From NCBI GenBank assembly GCA_038858525.1, contig JAWCFL010000013.1, forward strand, positions 1 through 32,000: a stretch of 32,000 nucleotides of DNA, given 5' to 3'. Each line of letters starts with the position of its first letter. Positions within the stretch are counted from its first letter, which is position 1. Shown in pieces: positions 18,189 to 27,237 of this stretch. Below the pieces are notes generated by a model. The model was not told where the DNA came from and searched no databases. It was given only the letters and a program-made list of their open reading frames with translations. Both the position numbers and the translations under genes were made by a program. This stretch comes from Candidatus Jordarchaeales archaeon (GTDB lineage Archaea; Asgardarchaeota; Jordiarchaeia; Jordiarchaeales; Freyrarchaeaceae).

Positions 18189-19413
18189 CCGCAACCTCCA
18201 TGTAGACTTTCTCCAGCTCTCTGGCTACTTTCTCCCAGGTGAAGAGGCTTTCAACTCTCTTTCTTCCGTTCATGCCCATCTGCCTCCTCAACTCCTTGTC
18301 CTCTAGGAGCCTTGCCGCGGCGTGGGCTAGCTCCTTCCAGTTGCCGGGCTCTACGAGTATCCCTGTGACGCCGTTCTCAACAACCTCTGGGAGCGCACCA
18401 ACTCTAAATCCTACGAGCGGCTTCCCGCAGGCCATCGCTTCAGCCGCCACGAAGCAGAAACCCTCGAACATCGATGAAAGCATGACTAGGTCCGCGCTAG
18501 CATACTGCCGGGCAAGCTCCTCTATCGTGAGGAAGCCCGTAAAGGAGACGTCATCCTGCAAACAATACTCTTTTATGAATGGCTGGGCAATTCCTTCCTC
18601 CTTCCACCTGTCAACTATGGTGAGTTTCACGTTGAGGCCCAACTCCTCTTTCATGTACTTAACTGCTCTAAGTAGGAGCCCTATGCCCTTAACCCTGTTG
18701 TCCGTGTTCCCCACGAAGAGGAGCCGGTAGTAGTCCCCATCAATGCTACCTTCATCCATCGGCCTGAAAACGTCCACGTCCACGCCGTTATGTATCACAC
18801 TTATTTTCTCCCTTGGAACCTTGAAGTGCTTCGTGATGCTTCTGGCTGAAGTTTGTGAGACGGTTACCACTCTGTCCATGAAGTTGGCGACGATCTTTTG
18901 CATGAACATGGGGTAGAATATGATCTGCTTGAACCGCTCCTTAGTTGTCCTCGCAAGCCTCATCGCCATTATCCTGTCTATGGGTAGAGGATGATGAATC
19001 GTTGCCACGACAGGGACACCTAAAGCCTTCATGAGTAGTAAGCCGTATCCTAAGCACTGGTTGTCGTGGATCACGTCGAACCTTTCCTTCTTCATGAGCT
19101 CCTTAACCTTGAAGAAGGCCCTTATGCTGAAGCTGAACATCTCGGGAAAGACGCCTATGTTTGCCAGCGTATACTCGTATGCTGAGAGGAGCGATAGGTT
19201 CTCGGCGGTCAGCCGCTCGCCCGTGAACTCGCTAAACTGGGGAGTTTTAATTTTGTGTATGGTTGCCCACTCCATCTCGAATGGGTAGGGTGGACCAACG
19301 ATCACGTGGACGTCGTGCCCAAGCTTTGCCAGCTCACGGGAAACATAGTAGATGTATACTCCCTGCCCGCCACAACACATGTTGCCTCTATAGCTGAGAA
19401 GGCAGATCTTCAT
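18169..19413 (-). CDS. Glycosyltransferase family 4 (GT-B fold)
   Basis: 414 aa. N-terminal LLSYRGNMCCGGQGVY; HNGVD; EGFCFVAAEAMACGKP (Ex7E); GALPEVV. ATGA start/stop overlap with the upstream gene at 19410-19413. Confidence 0.9.
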   Translation of the reverse strand: MKICLLSYRGNMCCGGQGVYIYYVSRELAKLGHDVHVIVGPPYPFEMEWATIHKIKTPQFSEFTGERLTAENLSLLSAYEYTLANIGVFPEMFSFSIRAFFKVKELMKKERFDVIHDNQCLGYGLLLMKALGVPVVATIHHPLPIDRIMAMRLARTTKERFKQIIFYPMFMQKIVANFMDRVVTVSQTSARSITKHFKVPREKISVIHNGVDVDVFRPMDEGSIDGDYYRLLFVGNTDNRVKGIGLLLRAVKYMKEELGLNVKLTIVDRWKEEGIAQPFIKEYCLQDDVSFTGFLTIEELARQYASADLVMLSSMFEGFCFVAAEAMACGKPLVGFRVGALPEVVENGVTGILVEPGNWKELAHAAARLLEDKELRRQMGMNGRKRVESLFTWEKVARELEKVYMEVADANHKP

Positions 19414-20678
19414 CCTCGTCTCTCCATAACTTCTTTGAAAATGTTAAGATACTTTTTCACGGCTTTTTTAGCGTTAAACTTCTCCTCGGCGGTTCTCCTA
19501 GCGGCGAGCCCCATGCGCTTCCTCAACGTCTTGTTTGAGAGGAGCCGTATCACCCTGTCAGCGAACGCCTCGATGTCTCCGGGGGGGACGAGGAAGCCGT
19601 TGATTCCATCCTCTATTTGGACGCTGACTCCTCCCACATTGTAGGCTACGACGGGTTTGCCTGACGCCATCGCCTCAGTTATGGCTAAGCCGAAACCCTC
19701 CATTTTCGATGGGAGAACCACCACGTCAGCCATCTTATAAGCTTTAGGCAAGAATTCGGGGGACAGGTAACCCGTGAATATTACGTCTTCCCTCAAGCCT
19801 AGCTCGTCAACCAAGTTGAACAGTTTCTCCTTTCTCTCATCTCTGATACCCAGAACGTTCTCGCTCAGGGAGCCGTTCCCGACGCACACCAAGCTAGCCC
19901 ACCTTCGCGCCTCCTTAATTATAGAAAAGGCCCTTAAAAGGTCGTCGTGGCTTTTAACAGGGTCTATGCGGGCGACGCAAAGGACCACTTCGCTGTCAGC
20001 CGGTATCCCCAGCTCCTCCTTAAACCGCTCTCCCTCAGAGCTGGGAATGTTGAAGCGGTCAACATCGACAAACGGATGCACGCACCTAATTTTCCGCCTT
20101 GGAACACCGAGGCGTTCAGCGTGCCTAGCATACATCTGCGTTGAGAAAATCACGGTGTCGCACTTGTTCAGGCGCTTAGCCACCATTCCTCCCAGCCTTT
20201 CGCCCATTTTCTCAGTGAATGGCACATGCCACGTGTAAACTAGAGGGGCAGATGCCCGCAGGAAGTCTGGCACAAAGAAGACCTGCCAGTCATGAATATT
20301 AACGACGTCGAAGGGGTCTGACTCGTGGAGCTCGTCGATCTTCGAGGCGACAAGCTTGGAAAAACACTGGAAGGTGTCATATCCCTCCCATCCCCACTCC
20401 CCCTCAGCCTTCAAGCCGTGAATCTGCTCGTAAAGGTTCTCCTTGAAGAAGGCGTATCTCCCCCACTCAGTAGTGCTGTTAAAACCCACCCTGTGAACCT
20501 TAACGCCCTCAATAACATCGAAACTTGGAATCGGTGGCTTCCCCAAGTGCACCGCAGTCACGTCGACGCCACACCCGATGAGCTCTTGGGTAAGGTAGTA
20601 GAGGTAGTAGGAAACACCGCCCGCAAACGGGTAAAACGATTGACTTCCAATGCAAACCCTAAACGTTCCGTCCAGCAT
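19410..20678 (-). CDS. Glycosyltransferase family 4 (GT-B fold), with trehalose-pathway-like motifs
   Basis: 422 aa. GGVSYY, IHDWQ, TWHVPF, VARIDPVKS, EGFGLAITEAMASGKPVV, QIEDGINGFL. Confidence 0.88.
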   Translation of the reverse strand: MLDGTFRVCIGSQSFYPFAGGVSYYLYYLTQELIGCGVDVTAVHLGKPPIPSFDVIEGVKVHRVGFNSTTEWGRYAFFKENLYEQIHGLKAEGEWGWEGYDTFQCFSKLVASKIDELHESDPFDVVNIHDWQVFFVPDFLRASAPLVYTWHVPFTEKMGERLGGMVAKRLNKCDTVIFSTQMYARHAERLGVPRRKIRCVHPFVDVDRFNIPSSEGERFKEELGIPADSEVVLCVARIDPVKSHDDLLRAFSIIKEARRWASLVCVGNGSLSENVLGIRDERKEKLFNLVDELGLREDVIFTGYLSPEFLPKAYKMADVVVLPSKMEGFGLAITEAMASGKPVVAYNVGGVSVQIEDGINGFLVPPGDIEAFADRVIRLLSNKTLRKRMGLAARRTAEEKFNAKKAVKKYLNIFKEVMERRG

Positions 20679-21011
20679 AAGGCTCCATCCTCAAAGTGGA
20701 AAACACAAATACGAAACACAGACTAGAATTTAAGAATTACCGTTTTCCCGTCATCAAACCAACGCAAGGCAAAGGAAAAAGGCAGGTAACAGGTAGCACT
20801 AAGAAGGACGAGTTAAGCAATTGTTGAACCCCAACTAACTTCGTGAAGAAAGCAGATTATAGATGAACAATACAACTCAACATCCATGAGAAGCGAAGAT
20901 AACAGAGAAAAAAGGAATAAACCGAGGAATGAGAAAAGTAGCATCATGTATGATTCCTGAAAGAAGAGGTTTCGCCGTGATAAGCCACTTAGTTTTGAAG
21001 CAGGTGGTGAA

Positions 21012-21689
21012 ATGGATCTGGACGAGGCTAAATGGGCTCTAAGAGTTCTTGAGAGAATCTACGGTGGCTTCGAAGAGTGGTGGAAGGGGCTTTCAGCCTT
21101 TGAAATACTAGTTGCGACGATCATATCGCAGAACACTAATAGCAAGAACACGAGTGCCGCCTTTAGAAAGCTGAGAGAGCGCTTCAGCTTAAGGCCGGAG
21201 GTGCTGGCTGGCGCCCCGCTCAAGGAGCTCGAGGAGTGCCTTAGACCCGCAGGGCTTTACAGGATGAAGGCAAAAAGGATCAAGGAGATATCAGCAATAC
21301 TCCTAGGCAGAGAGGGCGGGCTGGAAGCTATTTTAAAGAAGCCATTAGACGAGGCTCGAAGCGAGCTCGTGAGCCTTCCGGGGGTCGGGTGGAAGACTGC
21401 GGACGTGGTGCTGAGCTTCGCTGCAGGCAAGGCGACTTTCCCCGTGGACACGCATATAGCGAGGATAGCGAAAAGATGGGGCATAGTCGACGGGAAAGCA
21501 GGATACGAAGAGGTGAGCACCGCCTTCAAAAAAGTCGTGGACGAAAAGGAAAGGAGAAGGGTCCACCTTATGCTGATAAGGTTCGGAAGAGAGTACTGCG
21601 TTGCCAGGGCTCCAAGGTGCGATCAGTGTCCTATCAAGCCGCCGTGCAGAGGAGTGCCACTGGGGCGGAGGACTGCGAGGAAAGTATAG
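21012..21689 (+). CDS. nth: Endonuclease III family HhH-GPD DNA glycosylase with a 4Fe-4S cluster
   Basis: LVATIISQNT, HhH LPGVGWKTADVVL, FPVDTHIARI, C-terminal CVARAPRCDQCPIKPPC (Cx6Cx2Cx5C). Confidence 0.85.
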   Translation: MDLDEAKWALRVLERIYGGFEEWWKGLSAFEILVATIISQNTNSKNTSAAFRKLRERFSLRPEVLAGAPLKELEECLRPAGLYRMKAKRIKEISAILLGREGGLEAILKKPLDEARSELVSLPGVGWKTADVVLSFAAGKATFPVDTHIARIAKRWGIVDGKAGYEEVSTAFKKVVDEKERRRVHLMLIRFGREYCVARAPRCDQCPIKPPCRGVPLGRRTARKV

Positions 21690-21869
21690 GTGTTAAATTA
21701 TCATGAATGGATTTTTTAAAGGACAATGTAAGGTGTTTTTCTAATGTATGATTTTCAGTTTTTATTAAGAAAATCGCAATTAATTATTTATTTTATCGTA
21801 TTTTTTCCAAAAAATATAAAAGCCATAAGCGACAAATATGAAACATAGAAGTTTTTAGAGGTATAGTTA

Positions 21870-22337
21870 ATGCCTCAGATAAACCCACTTTATAATGCAA
21901 TATGTTTTGGAACGATTCTAAGCGCCCTAGACAGAATAGGAGTTTCTCTACCAATAGTGGCGAGGCAAACATCGGAGCTGCTAACCCCAATACTCAGAGA
22001 CCTCACGAAAATTTTTTTGGGAGACAAAAAAGTCCCAGAAAGTTTAAACGAAGTTAAAGTTCTTGCCAAAGAAGTTCTGGAGCGTGACAAAGTAGCAGAG
22101 AAAGTAGAATTGGACGTTTCGAAGAACCCAATTGAAATGAAGATTGACGGTTGCATGTATCTCGACATTGCTAATTTCAGCAAGTCTCTGGGTTACAGTG
22201 CATGCCCCACATGCCTTTTCGCGTTAATGACGACCTCATTTATTAGTGCATTGAAGCTAGGTAGAGTGTCTGAAGCAACATTCAAAAACAATGGCAGCGA
22301 GTGCCACGTCAGTTTATTTCTGTTGGACAGCGATTAG
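21870..22337 (+). CDS. Hypothetical protein, V4R/H-NOX-like small-ligand-binding fold
   Basis: 155 aa. Helical N-half followed by IEMKIDGCMY...ACPTC...SECHVSL, a Cys spacing reminiscent of V4R domains. Visibly more AT-rich than flanking genes. Confidence 0.45.
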   Translation: MPQINPLYNAICFGTILSALDRIGVSLPIVARQTSELLTPILRDLTKIFLGDKKVPESLNEVKVLAKEVLERDKVAEKVELDVSKNPIEMKIDGCMYLDIANFSKSLGYSACPTCLFALMTTSFISALKLGRVSEATFKNNGSECHVSLFLLDSD

Positions 22338-22361
22338 CTTGATGAAATGGAGGTGGTTTAG

Positions 22362-22742
22362 TTGTCTAAGAAGTGGCGTGATGAATTGGAGAAAGTTCTT
22401 AAAGATATGGAGTTAGGTGACCCGGATATAGAGTCGTCGGCGATTGTTAGGACCGACGGGCTCGTTATGGCTTCCGCTCTCCCTAAGGGTGCTGATGAGG
22501 GTTTGATTGCTGCTATGAGTGCTGCCATACTCAACATTGGTTCTAGGGCTCTGAGTGAGCTCGCGAAGGGTGAGCTCGAAAAAATAATAGTAAGCGGAGA
22601 CAAGGGAGACATAACCATTATGGGAGTAGGGAAAGAAGCTGTCCTCTCAGCCATAACGAAGCCGGGAGCGAACATAGGGCTGTTACTAGTGGAGATGGGA
22701 AGGGCAAGGGAAAGAGTGCAATCGTTGTTGAAGGCAATGTAA
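22362..22742 (+). CDS. Roadblock/LC7 domain protein (MglB-like)
   Basis: 126 aa. IESSAIVRTDGLVMASAL, IAAMSAAILNIGSRALSEL, GELEKIIVSGDKG, NIGLLLVEM. TTG start after GGAGGTGG. Confidence 0.9.
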   Translation: MSKKWRDELEKVLKDMELGDPDIESSAIVRTDGLVMASALPKGADEGLIAAMSAAILNIGSRALSELAKGELEKIIVSGDKGDITIMGVGKEAVLSAITKPGANIGLLLVEMGRARERVQSLLKAM

Positions 22743-22925
22743 GTAAGCTACTATTATTTTTTCTAGTTCTATAGTTGAAAGAGTCTTTCTCGGCGGGTAA
22801 GGTCTCTGAACGCGTTCTTTTAGCGATTCATTTCTCTATGGATGAGTTGACGCTTTTCGGGCCCTTCCTTCCTCAACTTTTTTATTTTTATCTTGTCATA
22901 AATTACTTGTAATGTTGGGAGGTGC

Positions 22926-23576
22926 GTGTTCTTGGTTAGGGTGAGATGGTGGGGTCACTCGTGTTTCGAGATCAGGGGGAGTAGCGTTACAGTTATCACT
23001 GATCCTCATGGTGGCACTGTTGGTCTGCCGGAGCCCAGCGTTAAAGGCGACTTGGTTTTGTCTTCTCACGACCACTTTGACCATGCTACCGGAATAGAGA
23101 ATGTAAAGGCTCGTGGCGGCGAGGCGCTTGTCGGGTTCACAGGGGAGAGGACTGTTAAGGGCGTCCCTGTTAAGGGGATAGCTTCATACCACGACCCTAA
23201 GAGGGGTTCTCTTAGGGGGAAGAACAGTATATACGTGTTTAGTGTTGATGGTGTACGGTTCTGCCACCTGGGAGACCTGGGGCAGGTACCAAGTGATGAG
23301 CAGGTAAGGGAGATAGGCGATGTGGATGTCCTCTTCATCCCAGTCGGCGGCGTCTACACCATAGATGCTAAAGAAGCTACTGAGACCATTAAAAAGGTGA
23401 AGGCGAAGGTGGTTGTCCCAATGCACTACAAAGTGCCGAAGCTCAACCTCAACATAGGTGGAGTTGAGGAATTCGTTAAGGGTAAGGAGAACGTAAAGAG
23501 GATAGGTGGGCCTGAGTTCGATGTTGAAGCGGGGAAGCTGCCCGGGAAAACGGAAATATGGGTCTTAAGCCTCTAA
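22926..23576 (+). CDS. Metallo-beta-lactamase-fold Zn-dependent hydrolase
   Basis: WWGHSCF, ITDP, SHDHFDH, HLGDLG, IPVGG, VPMHY. Confidence 0.88.
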   Translation: MFLVRVRWWGHSCFEIRGSSVTVITDPHGGTVGLPEPSVKGDLVLSSHDHFDHATGIENVKARGGEALVGFTGERTVKGVPVKGIASYHDPKRGSLRGKNSIYVFSVDGVRFCHLGDLGQVPSDEQVREIGDVDVLFIPVGGVYTIDAKEATETIKKVKAKVVVPMHYKVPKLNLNIGGVEEFVKGKENVKRIGGPEFDVEAGKLPGKTEIWVLSL

Positions 23577-23597
23577 ATGCCCTTTTATTTTTCCTCT

Positions 23598-23867
23598 TTA
23601 AGTTCTGAGGCATTCGAGTATTACTTCTTCCAGTATTGTTTTGCCTTTGCTTGACAGGGTTATTCTTCCTTCTTTTTCCTTGACAAGCCCCAGCTCTTGC
23701 AGAGTGTTGAACTTGGCTCTTGCTACGCGTTCGTTGAGCCCTGAGAGCCTTGCTACTTCTTCTATTGTCGTGGCTCCCATGCGTAGGGCTATTAGTAGCT
23801 TGACACCTCCTTCCCCTATGAGGACGCTTGCGTCAACGCTGAAGGATGGCTCGCTCATCGGCACCAC
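23598..23867 (-). CDS. Small winged-helix DNA-binding protein
   Basis: 89 aa. LLIALRMGATTIEEVARLSGL...FNTLQELGLVKEKEGRITLSSKG is a typical wHTH pattern. Confidence 0.7.
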   Translation of the reverse strand: MVPMSEPSFSVDASVLIGEGGVKLLIALRMGATTIEEVARLSGLNERVARAKFNTLQELGLVKEKEGRITLSSKGKTILEEVILECLRT

Positions 23868-23869
23868 TT

Positions 23870-24544
23870 CTATATGCGGAACTTTGATAGGTCTATTGTG
23901 AATGTCCTTTCATCCTCGTATGGCCCGACTGGTTTAAGTTTTATTACGAGAGTGCTTCCCTCAAGGGACTTTAGTTCGGGCCTCAGCCTTTCGCCGTGAA
24001 GCCGGTCTAGGAGAAACTCGACGAAGCTGGGCGATATCTTTCTTGCCTCACCACTAATTATTGCCTCTCCAGACTCGCCCACGTAGTACTTTCTGCTCCG
24101 CCCCTCCCTTTTCGCCCGAATCAACCCCGCCTTCACCATTCTCTTAATGTGCCATCTGACCGTGTCGTGGTGGAGGCCGAAGCGCTCTACGATTTCTGAT
24201 TGGTTTACGCCGGGGTTCGCCACTACTATGTCGAATATTTTCCGTGCGTTCTTATTTCTCAGGAGAAGGAGAGCTTTCTCCAGCTTTGCGTCCCTTAAGT
24301 GTCTGGGATAGAAGACAACTCTCCCCCCGAACTTTATCTTTTCGAGGAGCCCTTCAGCCTCGAGCACTCTTAGGTGCCAAGCTAGGGTTCCAGTCGGTAT
24401 TGATAACTCGTTGGCAATCTCGAAGAAGTAGGCTCCGGGGTTCTCGCAAACCCAGCGGTAAACCTCCTGCCGGACGGGGTGCTCTAAGCACCCCAATCTT
24501 CTACTCAGCAAGCGGGAATCCTCCTGAGATGGTATGTGCTTCAT
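23870..24544 (-). CDS. Tandem winged-helix transcriptional regulator (two ArsR-like HTH domains)
   Basis: 224 aa with two HTH units: PGAYFFEIANEL...LAWHLRVLEAEGL and PGVNQSEIVERF...VRWHIKRMVKAGL. Ends 2 nt before the next wHTH gene. Confidence 0.8.
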   Translation of the reverse strand: MKHIPSQEDSRLLSRRLGCLEHPVRQEVYRWVCENPGAYFFEIANELSIPTGTLAWHLRVLEAEGLLEKIKFGGRVVFYPRHLRDAKLEKALLLLRNKNARKIFDIVVANPGVNQSEIVERFGLHHDTVRWHIKRMVKAGLIRAKREGRSRKYYVGESGEAIISGEARKISPSFVEFLLDRLHGERLRPELKSLEGSTLVIKLKPVGPYEDERTFTIDLSKFRI

Positions 24545-24762
24545 ATTGTATTTGTGAAATTCGAAATTAAAAGGTTTGTGTTTTAAAAGAAGCTCAATGG
24601 TGAAGTGATCTTCAGCAAGCTACATATACTCCTCAAAGGCAAACGATACAGAGAAAGAGTGGAGTAGCTGGAGCTTAGTAGGTTGTTTGCCGAGAGGGGG
24701 ATAATTTTTATAGTTGTGGCTGTTTTAAGGGTTTTTGGCTTCTCTCCGGAAGGGTGTGCGGG

Positions 24763-25683
24763 ATGCGGTCGGTTTCGGTTGTTGTCTGCACTTTCAATCG
24801 TAAGGACGACGCCATCAAGTGTTTGGAGAGCGTTCTGGCACAGGACTATTCTGATTTCGACGTGTGGGTGATTGACGACGCCTCAACCGATGGAACGTTT
24901 GAAGCCATAAGGGACCACTTTGGAAGAGAGGGAAGACTTCACATTCTGAGGAACGATGTCGAACTGGGGAACACCATGTCCAGGAACATTGCTATGAGAA
25001 TGTCTAAGGGGGAGATAATAGCGTCGACGGACGATGACTGCGTTGTTGCTGAGAACTGGCTTTCAAATCTTGTGAGAGTTTTCGATGAAGGCGACGACGT
25101 GGGGCTAGTGTCGGGTAGAGTTCTGCCGATATTCTACACGCCGATGCCAAAGTGGCTTAAGCCCCCAATATACCCGATACTCGCGATCAGGACGGAGAAG
25201 GGGAGAGCAGAGCATCTTCCTCCCTACGGCTGCAACATGGCGGTAAGGAGGGATGTCATGGAGAAGGTGAACTACCTCAACGAGAACATAACAAGGAAGT
25301 ATGGCTCTCTATACTCAGGTGAGGACACGGACCTTGGGAGGCGAATTAGGGCGGCGGGCTACAGGGTTGTATACACTCCCGACGCCGTCGTCTGGCACAG
25401 GATGTACCCTCATAGGCTTACGAGGAAGCACTTCATAAGGAGAGCTCTGTACTTCGGAATGTCCGAAGTGATCTTCTCCGGAAAAAGCACTTGGGGGATC
25501 CTTGATGCGTCAGCCAACATAGCGGCTTACTTTATAAGGTACATGGTCAGGCCTAGATTTTACAACCTGACGTTGATAGCGTACAAGTTCGGCTGGCTGA
25601 TCAAGGCGTTGGGGAGAGGAGAGGAGGAAGCCGCAAAAGCTGAGGAGTGGTTTATGAGGTTCGCCCAGAAGGCGAAAGAGTAG
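24763..25683 (+). CDS. Glycosyltransferase family 2
   Basis: SVVVCTFNR, VIDDASTDGT, STDDDC (DxD), GCNMAVRR, GEDTDL; hydrophobic C-terminus. ATG at 24763 after GGGTG is preferred over GTG at 24754. Confidence 0.9.
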   Translation: MRSVSVVVCTFNRKDDAIKCLESVLAQDYSDFDVWVIDDASTDGTFEAIRDHFGREGRLHILRNDVELGNTMSRNIAMRMSKGEIIASTDDDCVVAENWLSNLVRVFDEGDDVGLVSGRVLPIFYTPMPKWLKPPIYPILAIRTEKGRAEHLPPYGCNMAVRRDVMEKVNYLNENITRKYGSLYSGEDTDLGRRIRAAGYRVVYTPDAVVWHRMYPHRLTRKHFIRRALYFGMSEVIFSGKSTWGILDASANIAAYFIRYMVRPRFYNLTLIAYKFGWLIKALGRGEEEAAKAEEWFMRFAQKAKE

Positions 25684-25817
25684 GAGGAAGACCGGGTTTG
25701 ATGAGGGATGTGGATAAGTATTGTGCATCTGAAAGAATGAAGACGCTGCTCATACTTTCGTCATCAATAATATTGTGGTATGATTCTTTTTTGAAGGGGG
25801 GCAGGGAGCCCGGAGGA

Positions 25818-26051
25818 ATGGATGTCCTCCTTTGGCTACTAGACTACATAGGAAATGAGGCTTCTCTTATCTCAGCTACCACTAGCTCAACGATACTGAG
25901 GCATGCAACGTCAATTTTCAGGGAGGCTGAGGAGAAAGTCGCCACGGGAGACCTAGAAAACGCGGTTAGAAAGATCTCTGAAGCGCTAAGCAGAGTAACT
26001 ACTCAGGCGGATTACTCTTTAAGGAAACTCGAAAAAAAGAGTGAGGATTAG
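25818..26051 (+). CDS. Small helical hypothetical protein (77 aa)
   Basis: GGAGG immediately before the ATG at 25818 (the track start at 25647 overlaps the GT2 gene). Amphipathic helices such as IFREAEEKVATGDLENAVRKISEAL. Confidence 0.5.
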   Translation: MDVLLWLLDYIGNEASLISATTSSTILRHATSIFREAEEKVATGDLENAVRKISEALSRVTTQADYSLRKLEKKSED

Positions 26052-26569
26052 GTGCTGGCATTTGCGTTAACGCTGTAAATCAGGATCATGCGGAAGTCCT
26101 GGTTGAACGTCACAGCGTACGGCATAGACGTCCTGCTGTCAAACTTTGGAACCATGCCGAAGCACTGGTCGACAATTCTCCACCCGCTCGGCCAAACGTT
26201 CTTCATGAGCAAAGCGGCCACGATGAGGTATCCTTCGCCTTCAGCATTTATGCTCGCCTTTGGGTCAAAGTAGTCTTGAGTTAATGCCGCGGAGCCAGCG
26301 AAGTGCCAGCCAGTTGTGCCATTACCGAGGGCTGCCGCCACCTTAGTCCCGGCTGAGTCGACCGCTACGAATAAGAATAGAATTACGTCTCCGCTCTCCT
26401 GAACGTAGTAAGCCGGAACCGACAGACACAATTGATAGCTTGAATCCTGCTTAGCGCTGATGCTCCCGGTTTCTGAGAGCAGTAACGGTGACGCTAAAGT
26501 CATAACGGATGACGCAGAAGCCAGCAGAATAACCGAGAGAAACGCCACAGCGAGAAATGCTTTCTTCAA
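26048..26569 (-). CDS. Secreted or membrane-anchored hypothetical protein
   Basis: 173 aa. Signal-like N-terminus MKKAFLAVAFLSVILLASASS followed by a beta-rich body; no family recognised. Confidence 0.6.
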   Translation of the reverse strand: MKKAFLAVAFLSVILLASASSVMTLASPLLLSETGSISAKQDSSYQLCLSVPAYYVQESGDVILFLFVAVDSAGTKVAAALGNGTTGWHFAGSAALTQDYFDPKASINAEGEGYLIVAALLMKNVWPSGWRIVDQCFGMVPKFDSRTSMPYAVTFNQDFRMILIYSVNANAST

Positions 26570-26664
26570 AGATTAGCCCTCCACTCTATCCTGTTTAAGA
26601 ATAGGAAAACAGAGACGCAATATAAACTTTAACGTGGAGCTCGACTTGGAGCTCGGGCGTATGG

Positions 26665-27237
26665 TTAAACTTGAGACTGCACTCGGTTACCTTTGGCGGC
26701 TTTCATGAAGCGTTTTTTAATCCAGTACGGCGAGAGGGGTATTATCGGCACGTCGGCGTTTCCTTTCTCCACTTTCGCAATTATAACCGAGGTTTTACCT
26801 TTCGACTCATTAAACGCGCTCTTCAATTCCTCAGGGCTTTTCACTTCGAGGACGTTATCTATTCCTGCCGCCCTAGCCATCTTCGCTAAGCTGGTTTTTC
26901 CAGCAGTGTAGCTTGGCTGGCCACCTGTGGTTGAGTAGGACTCGTTGTCCAGCACTATGAGGGTCAGGTTTGGAGGGGACTGGTTGGCTATTGTAACCAG
27001 AGAGCCGAGGTTCATGAGGAGCGAGCCGTCGCCGTCAAAGACCACTACTCTTTTCTTCGTTGAAAGCGCCAATCCTAGCCCAATTGATGACGCCAGACCC
27101 ATTGACCCCAGCATGTAGAAGTTCTCATCTCTGTCCCTCACACTGTAAAGCTCACGGGAAGGATAACCTATATTGCATACAACCAGTTCACCGTCAAGCT
27201 CCTCCATAACACACCTAATCGCTTCTATCCTCTTCAC
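26665..27237 (-). CDS. comE: Sulfopyruvate decarboxylase beta subunit-like (TPP-binding)
   Basis: 190 aa. VCNIGYPSRELY, NFYMLGSMGLASSIGLGLAL, TPP motif DGDGSLLMNLGSL...DNESY. Phosphonopyruvate decarboxylase is the close alternative. Confidence 0.8.
   Translation of the reverse strand: MKRIEAIRCVMEELDGELVVCNIGYPSRELYSVRDRDENFYMLGSMGLASSIGLGLALSTKKRVVVFDGDGSLLMNLGSLVTIANQSPPNLTLIVLDNESYSTTGGQPSYTAGKTSLAKMARAAGIDNVLEVKSPEELKSAFNESKGKTSVIIAKVEKGNADVPIIPLSPYWIKKRFMKAAKGNRVQSQV

Noticed and set aside
17755-20726. Plus-strand ORFs opposite the GT4/methyltransferase genes (17755-18306, 18239-18730, 19774-20238, 20325-20726)
   Set aside because: Antisense shadow ORFs with no family signatures.
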